IMG/VR virus record: IMGVR_UViG_3300049140_000187 | Span: 1-38,326 of that record | Length of the DNA: 38,326 bases | Reading direction: 5' to 3' (one strand) | Source of the DNA: a virus | Taxonomy: Duplodnaviria; Caudoviricetes | Shown: piece after piece, positions 1 to 7,910 of the stretch | Position numbering within the stretch: the stretch's first letter is position 1 | Layout: every line of letters begins with the position of its first letter | Program-made: the position numbers and the translations under genes | Notes under the pieces: model-generated | Told to the model about the DNA's origin: nothing | Seen by the model: the letters and a program-made list of their open reading frames with translations, nothing else | Database searches by the model: none

Positions 1-246
1 ATGACCGACGACCCCCTCACCCCGGCCGATCCCGCCGACGTGGCCCAGGCCATCCACTACGCCATGCGCTTCGGGCTGAACGGCAAGCCGCTCGGGAAGA
101 AGATCCGGGAGGACGCGGACTGGATGGCCCGTCACATTGTGGAGCACCTGGCGCGGGCCAACTTCAAGGTGATGCAGGGCCCGCCGCGCCTCCCGCACAG
201 CACCAGCGACTTCTCCCCTAACCCCGGCGGGCTTCGCGAGGAGTAG
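1..246 (+). CDS. Hypothetical phage protein (81 aa)
   Basis: ATG-to-stop ORF with high-GC3 codon pattern; converges on the late operon. Confidence 0.7.
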   Translation: MTDDPLTPADPADVAQAIHYAMRFGLNGKPLGKKIREDADWMARHIVEHLARANFKVMQGPPRLPHSTSDFSPNPGGLREE

Positions 247-254
247 AGGCAGTC

Positions 255-449
255 ATGGAGCTTCCCCCCGAGGTTCGGAAGGACATGGAGGCAGCCGCAG
301 CAGTTAGGGCGGCAGCCGACATCCTGAACGAGGCAATCCACGAGGCGGCCAGTCGCGGGCTGCTGGTGACGGTGGAGGTCAGTTCGCTGGAGCTGGGCGA
401 GCCAGGGCACCACGCGCCGCATGTCGTGGTGGCGGTCGATAAGGGCTGA
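255..449 (+). CDS. Hypothetical protein (64 aa)
   Basis: GAGG RBS upstream; 8 nt after the previous stop. Confidence 0.65.
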   Translation: MELPPEVRKDMEAAAAVRAAADILNEAIHEAASRGLLVTVEVSSLELGEPGHHAPHVVVAVDKG

Positions 450-619
450 GCCGAACCCCCGCCCCTTAGAGGGGGTGGGACGGGGGCCTGGGATCGGAAG
501 CAGCGCGGTACCCGGCGCCGAAGTGACCCTAGAGTAAGTTTCGGAGGAAATTACAACCCTCGCGTGTATGTGTCCGGATATTCTGTGTGCGGATGGGGAT
601 TGTAGCGTTGCGCGAAACG

Positions 620-668
620 AAAAAGCCGCCCGGCGGGTTATGAGGAGAGGCCTCACCCGCCGGACGGC
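620..668 (-). terminator. Intrinsic terminator at the end of the late/lysis transcript
   Basis: Long inverted repeat gccgcccggcgggt...acccgccggacggc (625-668) with inner tgagg/cctca stem, followed on the minus strand by T5 (A5 at 620-624). Confidence 0.7.
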
Positions 669-767
669 TCTGCCTGGGTCGCCCCAGGTCTCGAATGCCG
701 ATCCCTCGCGGGAGAGCGGCTGACTTCTTAGGCGACTTCGCTTCGGAGCGAGCGCCGGCCATCGTCT

Positions 768-1016
768 CTACGCCTTCCGAAGCATACCACGCTGATTGTT
801 GTGGCGCTTCGGGAACTTTCCACGCCCCGGCCCCCGTGGAGGGCCGCGGTTAGGATCCATCCAAGCCCTAGCGTCAGCCTCAAGCTGGGCCGCTCGCCTT
901 TCCAAGATTTCCTTCAGCGAGGCGTCTGCTTCATCCGCCGCCCGGATACGGCATAGCTCCGCCTGGGCCTTTGCGTTCGCAGCTTGCTCCGCCCGGGTTA
1001 GCTTCGGGTCATCCAT
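768..1016 (-). CDS. Hypothetical protein (82 aa), helical with basic C-terminal tail
   Basis: ORF downstream of the endolysin; TACGAT -10-like hexamer 6 nt before the ATG suggests its own leaderless transcript. Confidence 0.6.
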   Translation of the reverse strand: MDDPKLTRAEQAANAKAQAELCRIRAADEADASLKEILERRAAQLEADARAWMDPNRGPPRGPGRGKFPKRHNNQRGMLRKA

Positions 1017-1062
1017 GCGCAGATCGTAAGCAACCTCTGCGCCCGGCGCCAGTCAATGAGGA

Positions 1063-1566
1063 CTAGGCCAGCACCCGCTCCCCCGCCACAGCCTCCAGCG
1101 CATTCCGCCAGTGGGCGGCCCAGGTGGCAGGGTGGGGCTTACCTGGGCGCCAGCAGCGGAGATACAGCGCCCACCCGCCGTCCGGGTCGCCCACATCCGG
1201 CAGCGCCTTGGGGTCGGTCCAGAGCAGCAGCCGGGCGAAGACGCAGGCGAGGTCGTCGTTGTGCTCCAGCGCCGGGTGCACCGCCTCCGGGGTGGCGGGC
1301 ACAAGCAAGGCCTCGCAGGCGGCCAGGGCGGCGGTGCGCGACGCGGCGTGCCGTAGCACCCCGGTAACGCCCCCGCCCCGCTCGAACTGCCAAAGCCCCA
1401 TCGCATGGGCCACGGGCACCTGCCGGCGGTGCTTGAACCCACTTTCTTGACCCGCGATGCTGAGCAGCATCACCCGGGCCCGGTCGTCAGACCTGATGCC
1501 GAACGCCTGCATCCAGGCGAGCGCGGGGTCCACCGTCAGGGTGAGGAGGAGGGCGGGGGTCATCAC
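1063..1566 (-). CDS. Putative endolysin (lysozyme-like muramidase/transglycosylase fold)
   Basis: QES catalytic-Glu-like motif, GLWQFE motif and C-terminal YLRCWRPGKP typical of a phage lysin family; at the end of the late operon. Confidence 0.75.
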   Translation of the reverse strand: MMTPALLLTLTVDPALAWMQAFGIRSDDRARVMLLSIAGQESGFKHRRQVPVAHAMGLWQFERGGGVTGVLRHAASRTAALAACEALLVPATPEAVHPALEHNDDLACVFARLLLWTDPKALPDVGDPDGGWALYLRCWRPGKPHPATWAAHWRNALEAVAGERVLA

Positions 1567-2693
1567 CCAGCCCCCAGCAGCCGCCGGACCTTGGCGATCG
1601 CCGCCTCGGCCTCGTCCAGTGCGATCGCGATCGGGGCGAGGTCGACTTCCTGCGGCTCTTCCTCGGCCGGCGGTTCGGGCTGCGGTGGAACCTGCTCGGC
1701 GGGCTGCTCTGGTTCCGGCTGCGGGGTGGTAGGGACGCTCAGCTCGCCAGCCGGGCCAGCGTGCTTCAGCACGTGCTCCTTGACGTTGCCCAGCCCAAGG
1801 GCGGGGTAGCCCGTATCCTGCCCCCAGGTGCCGGTTGTCTTGCCGTCCTGACCGGTGGCCTCCTTACTCTCCACCTTGCCCCAGGTGACGTTCCGGAACT
1901 CGTTCTGGCCGATCGTCCAGTAACCGATTTTCTTGCTGTCGATGCTGACGATCGGATCGTCCACGTCCTCGAACACGTTGCCGTCGATCAGCACCTGCGC
2001 ATCCATGCGCACGTTGATGCAAGAGGTGGTCACCTTCTTGTAGTAGTTGTCGCGCACCTCGACGTAGCCATCCCGCACCGACGGCCCGCGGGAACCGATG
2101 TCCTCCACGCGGTTGCGGGCGAAGGTGATGAACCAATTCTGCAGCCCAGTGTCGCTGTCAGAATGACCAAACAGGCAGGCTTTGTGGTGGTTGTGCAGGT
2201 AGTTGTCGCTGATCAGGCCGTACTCGCAGCCGCGCTTCACGTCGATCAGGCCGTCATACAGGTCCTTGTTGCTCTGGGCATGATCACCGGACAGGTCACA
2301 GCGCGTCACCGCCCAGTTCTTCACGTCGCTCTCGAGGCCGATGCAGTCCTTCGGGCCGAGCCGCACCTTCTTGATGGTCATGCTGTCGATCCAGATGTTG
2401 CTGGACCCGCCATTGACCCTGATGCCGACCTCTTCCATGCGGCTGCCAGGCAGGCCGATCACGGACAGGAAGTGCTTGTCCTTGATGTCGATCTGCGAGG
2501 CCTTGGTGTTGGCGTCATTGATCACGCCATCCACGGCGATGATCACCGGGCCCGTCGCGTTGTTGATGGCGGCCTGGAATTCATCGCCCGTCTTTACGGT
2601 GACGGTCGGGCCGCCGGCGCCGCCGCGGGTGCCGCCATTCTTGGCAGCGAAGCCCATACGGCCCTCATAGGCCTTCAGGATATCAGGGGTCAT
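1563..2693 (-). CDS. Polysaccharide lyase family 1 (pectate lyase C-like beta-helix) with Pro/Glu linker and C-terminal helix
   Basis: GFA..GGTRGGAGG N-terminal motif, DCIG, YDGLIDVK, HHKACLFGHSD, SRGPSVR (RxPxxR) and NYY motifs; AGGAG RBS; no signal peptide. Confidence 0.9.
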   Translation of the reverse strand: MTPDILKAYEGRMGFAAKNGGTRGGAGGPTVTVKTGDEFQAAINNATGPVIIAVDGVINDANTKASQIDIKDKHFLSVIGLPGSRMEEVGIRVNGGSSNIWIDSMTIKKVRLGPKDCIGLESDVKNWAVTRCDLSGDHAQSNKDLYDGLIDVKRGCEYGLISDNYLHNHHKACLFGHSDSDTGLQNWFITFARNRVEDIGSRGPSVRDGYVEVRDNYYKKVTTSCINVRMDAQVLIDGNVFEDVDDPIVSIDSKKIGYWTIGQNEFRNVTWGKVESKEATGQDGKTTGTWGQDTGYPALGLGNVKEHVLKHAGPAGELSVPTTPQPEPEQPAEQVPPQPEPPAEEEPQEVDLAPIAIALDEAEAAIAKVRRLLGAG

Positions 2694-2707
2694 CGGTGCT
2701 CTCCTAT

Positions 2708-3103
2708 TCAGCCGTTGTCGATCGCGACCGGCACGACCTTCGGCGCCAGCTTCGCCGCAGCCTCGGCCACGATTGCCGCAGCCATGGTCCGCAGCGCGGC
2801 CTCGTCGGGCGCGAGTTTGGCGATGGTGTCGGGCAGGTTGCTCTTGGCGTAGGCCACCACGTCTTCGACCAGCAGGCCCGGCAGGGTGCCCGCGGTAGCG
2901 CCGCCGGTCGCGAGCCGTTCGGCTGCCTTGCGCGTCATAGCTCCCAACAGGAGACCCATGTCGCGCTCATGCGTGCCGCTCGAAAGCCAGGCGCGCAGCG
3001 GGCCAGGCAACAGGGTCAGCACCCACGCGCCGATAGCGCCGCCGAATGCAATGACGATGGGGATCAAGACGTGCTCGATCAGCGCCGCCACAATGGGGGT
3101 CAT
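2708..3103 (-). CDS. Putative holin-like membrane protein (131 aa)
   Basis: Start at MTPIVAAL with GAAAGGA RBS; N-terminal hydrophobic helix plus soluble helical C-terminus; in the lysis cassette. Confidence 0.55.
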   Translation of the reverse strand: MTPIVAALIEHVLIPIVIAFGGAIGAWVLTLLPGPLRAWLSSGTHERDMGLLLGAMTRKAAERLATGGATAGTLPGLLVEDVVAYAKSNLPDTIAKLAPDEAALRTMAAAIVAEAAAKLAPKVVPVAIDNG

Positions 3104-3187
3104 GTGCGTTCCTTTCGGGTGTGGAGGTGTGGTAGTTGGAAGGGGCTCAGCGGCGAGCTGCTGCCGCTCCCGCTGGAGGGTCATTGG

Positions 3188-3595
3188 GTGGACGAGCGCG
3201 TTCTTAAGACGTTGAGCGAGATTGACGCGCTACGTGACGCGGAAAAGAAGCGGCAAAAAAAGCGGCAGCGGGAAAGACTGCGCTATCGCATCCGCAAAGC
3301 TTGGATGTGGTTGAACCTCACATTGAACGCCGGAGGCGTATTTCTACTCTGGTTCGTGTTATCGCCAGTTCTTCCGTTCTCTCCGAACGCCCGTCTTCGT
3401 TTGGCTGACATGATGGAAGACTTAGGCCGTCAGTATGCCCGGTCCGGCCGACTTGCGGACAAGGAAGTCCGCGCAATAGAGGCTGAAATAAGCGAAATTA
3501 AATCCTATAGGGCGGCGATGGAACAAAAGCGGGCGGAGCTTATCCGGCTCCGTGATGAAGTGAGCCCCCATCCGGAGATCGACCGCAAAAGCTGA
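3188..3595 (+). CDS. Antisense moron: single-TM protein with basic N-terminus and coiled-coil C-terminus (135 aa)
   Basis: GTG start after GGAGG; visibly lower GC than flanks; fills the gap between two lysis-region genes. Confidence 0.7.
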   Translation: MDERVLKTLSEIDALRDAEKKRQKKRQRERLRYRIRKAWMWLNLTLNAGGVFLLWFVLSPVLPFSPNARLRLADMMEDLGRQYARSGRLADKEVRAIEAEISEIKSYRAAMEQKRAELIRLRDEVSPHPEIDRKS

Positions 3596-3620
3596 GGCGC
3601 GAGCCCCGCTCAGGTGCCCT

Positions 3621-4124
3621 TCAGTCGGCGCTCAACCGGGTTTCGAGCCGAGACGCCATTCGCTCGACCTGCTGCGCCACACTCTTGAGGGTGGCGTTCA
3701 TCTCCGGCACCAGCGCCGAGAGCTGATCCACCTTCATCTCTACCTTCGACAGAGCCGTCGTCAGCCGCGTCTCGACCTGCCGCACTTCCTCGCGGCTGGC
3801 CGTCTCGCGCATGCCGGCATCGAACCGCTGCTGGAGAGCGGCCAGAGCATTGGAGGTGGCGTTCTGCGCGTCGTGCCGGCTCTTGCTCTCCTTCTCGACC
3901 GCGGTCGCCAGCTTCAGGTCAGACGTCTCTCTCGCCTGAGCGATATCCTTGCCCAAGCTGTCCATGCGCGCGCCGACCTGAGCAATCTTCGCATCGTACT
4001 GGGCATCCCGATCACCACCCTGCTTGCGCACCCAGGTATAGACCGTCCAGGCCGCACCGAAGGCACCAAGTAGCAGCGTCAATGTTGGAAAGAGGATCGC
4101 CAGCCACAGCGGAATAGCAGTCAT
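3621..4124 (-). CDS. Membrane-anchored coiled-coil protein (holin/spanin-associated candidate, 167 aa)
   Basis: Start MTAIPLWL overlaps upstream stop (ATGA); N-terminal TM then long helical coiled coil. Confidence 0.7.
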   Translation of the reverse strand: MTAIPLWLAILFPTLTLLLGAFGAAWTVYTWVRKQGGDRDAQYDAKIAQVGARMDSLGKDIAQARETSDLKLATAVEKESKSRHDAQNATSNALAALQQRFDAGMRETASREEVRQVETRLTTALSKVEMKVDQLSALVPEMNATLKSVAQQVERMASRLETRLSAD

Positions 4125-4528
4125 GCCGGCGCCCCCGATCGGTTTATCCACTGGATGGCGGCGACGCAGAGCGCGATGCCGGCCACGCCATTCCAGATGC
4201 CGTTGCCCGAGACGATCCCGCCCATCAGGCCGCCGATCACCTGCCCGCCGCCCCAGAAGAACCAGAACACGCCCGAGACAATGCAAATGATGGCACGTTG
4301 CATAAGATGGGGATGAAGCGCCGCCCAGAGCAGCGCCAAACCATCCGCCACCATCAAGGCACCCCACCAGTTTTCGTGGAGCGGGATCTGTCGCAGCCAC
4401 CGATAGACGATGGCGCGCGCCATCACCTCATTCGATGCAATCAGCGAGCCGCCCGTAATCATCGCCCAGCAGGTGAAGGCCAGGACGAATGACGTCGGGT
4501 CCAGCCTCATGGCTGCCCTTAAAGGCAT
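4121..4528 (-). CDS. Multi-pass membrane protein (about 4 TM), holin candidate
   Basis: Four hydrophobic segments; first gene after the tail-fibre module. Confidence 0.6.
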   Translation of the reverse strand: MPLRAAMRLDPTSFVLAFTCWAMITGGSLIASNEVMARAIVYRWLRQIPLHENWWGALMVADGLALLWAALHPHLMQRAIICIVSGVFWFFWGGGQVIGGLMGGIVSGNGIWNGVAGIALCVAAIQWINRSGAPA

Positions 4529-4617
4529 CCCCTATCCCCCCACCACCGTTCGTGCCACGCGCGGCATCTAGCCCCTCCCCCTCTGCGGCATCCGTCAGGC
4601 TCCGGTCACAGCGCGCA

Positions 4618-5394
4618 TCAGGCCGCCACGCTGATGCCATAGACTTTGCTGGCGTACTTTCGCAGCATGGCCCGCAGGTCAGCATGAGCCGCATCCTGCA
4701 CGGAGACGTTGCAGACGATAATGTCGCTGGCGAAGCCCTTGAGCGGCTGCGAACCCCCGGAGTTTAGAGCGCCCATGACGAGCGCCGCGCCGCCAACAGC
4801 ATTGTTGCTCGCCACGCGTGCGGACGGCGTGCCGTTGACCTCCAGCCCAATGGTGGTGGCGCCGGAGGCGGTCAACGCGTCTGCGATAATCAAGCCTGGC
4901 GCGCCGCGCGTATAGGGCGCCGTGACAGTGCCGGTGCCGTGCTGGAAGCGGGCCGTGTCCTCGGCCGACAAGACGCTCAGCGCCGTTTGCACGGCAGCGG
5001 CCGAGAAGCGGGCGAAAATCTGCTGTGAGCCCGTCGGGGTTGCGTCCGCCTGCCCGATAAAGACGATCGAATGCGGCAGGGCAAAGTCGGGCATGGTGCC
5101 CGTGGTGGTGCTGAATACCAGCCGATCGTCGGTCCCATCGAACACGGCCGCCGGGTAGCCGTTGAGCTTATTGGCAGCCAGCGCCGGCTGGTTCGCCAGA
5201 GTGCCCTGCACAAAGTTACCGGCGCCGTCCTTGGGCACCAAGGCGCTAATGCCACCGCCGGCAGCGATGGTCGCGTAGGCGGTGTCAGCCTGCCACCAGA
5301 AGGCGACGCGTGCATCGGCCTTGATCTGCTCCCCGAGCGGCGTGAGAACCGGCAGCGCCGCGTTGCCGAAATGCGTATTCAGGCGAAGGCTCAT
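4618..5394 (-). CDS. Tail-associated beta-sandwich (LamG/concanavalin-like) protein
   Basis: WWQAD, NQP..NGYPAAVFDGTDD and GALN..LKGF.SDIIV motifs; ATGA-coupled to the upstream tail esterase. Confidence 0.6.
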   Translation of the reverse strand: MSLRLNTHFGNAALPVLTPLGEQIKADARVAFWWQADTAYATIAAGGGISALVPKDGAGNFVQGTLANQPALAANKLNGYPAAVFDGTDDRLVFSTTTGTMPDFALPHSIVFIGQADATPTGSQQIFARFSAAAVQTALSVLSAEDTARFQHGTGTVTAPYTRGAPGLIIADALTASGATTIGLEVNGTPSARVASNNAVGGAALVMGALNSGGSQPLKGFASDIIVCNVSVQDAAHADLRAMLRKYASKVYGISVAA

Positions 5395-7877
5395 GCCACG
5401 GGCTCCTGGAATGCAACGGCGTAGAGCCGCACTTTGTTGGGGATTGCGAAGCCCATCCGCTGGAAGGGGCTGTCGAAGACGGTTGCCGCCATGAGCTGGC
5501 CGCGGCTGCTGGACCAGCCATCGTCAATCGCGTCCTGGCCCATGGCGTAAACGAGCGTTTGGGCGCCGCCGGTCGGGGTCGCAGCCAGCGTGATCTGGAC
5601 GGTATTGGCTGAAGCAAGGGTGACGGCTGAAATGGCCGGCGTGGCGCCGCTGTCGTCCTCGAAAACGAAGCCATAGTTGGTGGCAGGCTTGATCCAGTCG
5701 GTGTCCCAAGCCAGAGACAAGCCGAACGGCACGTTGAACGCCGCCGTGATGACTGCGCCGATGCGGGTGACGGATGTCGGCCAGATGGGTGCCCATCCTC
5801 GGCCCGTTTCGATCTCGCGGAGAGCCACGGCAAGCTGCTCGGCCACCATCATGCGCCCAAGCTGGGTCGAGTGGTTCTCGTCATACTTCGGCGCCTGATA
5901 AGCCGGTCCGGCCATCGTGGCGCCGTTACCGTGATGCTCACGGGCAAAGTCGTAATGCGCTTGCGGCACGGCGCGGGGCCGGATTTCGCTGTCTGTGCTG
6001 TTCGTCTGGATGATGACCAGATCGGGCGTCTCGACCTGACGGGCTGCGGTCTGGACGGCCGGGCCGATCGCCGCGCCCACCTGATCCAGCAACGCCTCGT
6101 AGCCATCCGCTGGGCCGCTCTCCCCCTGATAGAACACGATGGCCCGCGCCCGGGAGGTCCGACCATAGCGCCCGATCACCTCCGGGGCGGCCTTGGCCGA
6201 AGCCAGAAGGTTGTTCCAGGTCGTGGTCCCCGGCAGGAAGGTCGTCAGGGGCTGCCCGCCGTACCAGTCGGTGAAGGAGAACCGTCCCGGTCCCTTGATG
6301 CCTTGGTCCCGGTCCAGCCGCTCCATCGCAAAGGTCGCGAGCGTCATCAAGGACGGGTAGTAGTTGCTGCGATCCTTGAGCGGCATCAGATCGGTTAGCG
6401 TGGCTGGATCGTGGAGCGTGTCGCCCACCCAATCTCCCATGAAGCCGTTGAAGGTCACCACGTGGTGCGGGAACAGCGCGGTCGAGATACCAGCGAATGT
6501 GTCGCTGTCCGGCCGCCCGGCGTTGGACTGACCGTAGCAGTGGAAGGTGTTCACCGGCCGCTGGTCGTCCAGCAGCGCAGTCGGTAACGTGCTGTCGGTC
6601 CGCTGCACGACGGGCCAGGTCAGCCCCTCGTCATCCGTCACCTCGGCTGCCACCAGACCGGCGCGGCGGACATTTGCGGCGATCCATGAGCCGCGCAGCG
6701 TCGCCGACGCTTCTGCCGGAGGGAGACGGCCGGCGAGGTCGTCCACCACATCGTCGGACAGCCGCAACGTCGTCGTGCCATCCTGGCCCACAGCAATGGC
6801 GACACGTCCGTCCAGGTCGTAGGCAACCGGGATGCCGATGGACCAGTCGCGGTAGGGCGCCGGAGTGACCGGCGTCAGGCTTTCCTTGACGGCCAGGTGC
6901 AGCCAGCCGTCCTTGTCCGGGTAAAGCGGCGCCCGCCCGTCGAGATCCGCGAAGGCGAAATCCTCCGGGTAAGCGTCGCGGTAGGGCTGGCCGCGCATCA
7001 GCCGCAGCGCATTCAGGTCCATCTGGCGGTCGGTCGTGACCGCCAAGGCCGCTCGGCCATCAAGGTCCATAGCCACAAAGGAGTAGCCATCGACAGCATC
7101 ACGATAGAGTACGGTCCGGCCGGCATTGACCTGCGGAGGCTGCGCGGCCTCGATGGGCTGAACCCGCGCGTCGATGCCTTCCACGACCGCAACTGCATTG
7201 GCGAGAGGCGCCGCAGATGCGACCGCCGTCTCCGCCGCCTCCTGCGCCAGGGTGGTGTCCCCCGCCACCTGCCCCGCCTGGGTGGCGACGGTCGCGGCGG
7301 CGGTGGTGACTTGTTCGACGGCGGGGGCGACGGCCTCGACAGCAATCTCGGCCGCAGACGCAGCCCCGGCCGAAGCCCCAGCAGCCGCTCCCGCCTCTGC
7401 GCCCGATACCGCGCCCGCGCTACGCCCAGCCGCTATGCCAGCGGACGCGCCAGCCGCAGCACCCGCAGCAGATACCGCCGCCCACGGGATTTCGCCCGTA
7501 GACGTGACGGCGATCCCGCCTAGGCTGTCGATGTCGAACTGGATCTCGACGGCCTCGGCGGTCACGTCATCCAGCAGCAGCGATGCCTGGACTGTGTAGG
7601 TGCCGACCATCTCGCCCGGCACGTCCACCCGCCACTGGCCGGGCGCGGTCTGGACCGGCTCCACGGACTGCGCGGGGCTGTCGTAATCGGCAAGGGCCGG
7701 AAGCCAGTAGAGCGCGGCGAGCGTGCCATCGACCGGCAGCAGGGCGTCGGTGACCTCGTCGAAGGCCTCAACCCATACGCTGATCGTGGATCCGATGGTA
7801 CGCCGCTTGCGCCGGGCGTCCCTATAGGCGCCGATGCGCGCACGCAGCAGCACGGCCGGCGAAGTCGTCTCCGACAT
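5391..7877 (-). CDS. Tail spike/fibre with SGNH-type (SASA/CE6-like) carbohydrate O-acetylesterase domain
   Basis: GQSNA (Ser), YQGES and DENH (DxxH) blocks; N-terminal Ig-like anchor, Ala/Gly-rich stalk; located after baseplate and fibre genes. Confidence 0.8.
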   Translation of the reverse strand: MSETTSPAVLLRARIGAYRDARRKRRTIGSTISVWVEAFDEVTDALLPVDGTLAALYWLPALADYDSPAQSVEPVQTAPGQWRVDVPGEMVGTYTVQASLLLDDVTAEAVEIQFDIDSLGGIAVTSTGEIPWAAVSAAGAAAGASAGIAAGRSAGAVSGAEAGAAAGASAGAASAAEIAVEAVAPAVEQVTTAAATVATQAGQVAGDTTLAQEAAETAVASAAPLANAVAVVEGIDARVQPIEAAQPPQVNAGRTVLYRDAVDGYSFVAMDLDGRAALAVTTDRQMDLNALRLMRGQPYRDAYPEDFAFADLDGRAPLYPDKDGWLHLAVKESLTPVTPAPYRDWSIGIPVAYDLDGRVAIAVGQDGTTTLRLSDDVVDDLAGRLPPAEASATLRGSWIAANVRRAGLVAAEVTDDEGLTWPVVQRTDSTLPTALLDDQRPVNTFHCYGQSNAGRPDSDTFAGISTALFPHHVVTFNGFMGDWVGDTLHDPATLTDLMPLKDRSNYYPSLMTLATFAMERLDRDQGIKGPGRFSFTDWYGGQPLTTFLPGTTTWNNLLASAKAAPEVIGRYGRTSRARAIVFYQGESGPADGYEALLDQVGAAIGPAVQTAARQVETPDLVIIQTNSTDSEIRPRAVPQAHYDFAREHHGNGATMAGPAYQAPKYDENHSTQLGRMMVAEQLAVALREIETGRGWAPIWPTSVTRIGAVITAAFNVPFGLSLAWDTDWIKPATNYGFVFEDDSGATPAISAVTLASANTVQITLAATPTGGAQTLVYAMGQDAIDDGWSSSRGQLMAATVFDSPFQRMGFAIPNKVRLYAVAFQEPVA

Positions 7878-7910
7878 GCAGGTACTCCGACAGAACTGAG
7901 ATGGGCGCCC

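Noticed and set aside
456-487. C-rich/G-rich hairpin after the 255-449 gene as a terminator
   Set aside because: Imperfect stem and no U-tract
529-762. 77-aa minus-strand ORF
   Set aside because: Runs through hairpins and a terminator with no recognisable motif; treated as probably non-coding, though not excluded
2696-3187. 5' extension of the 299-aa plus-strand ORF
   Set aside because: Overlaps the holin-like gene in antisense; RBS and composition shift support a start at 3188
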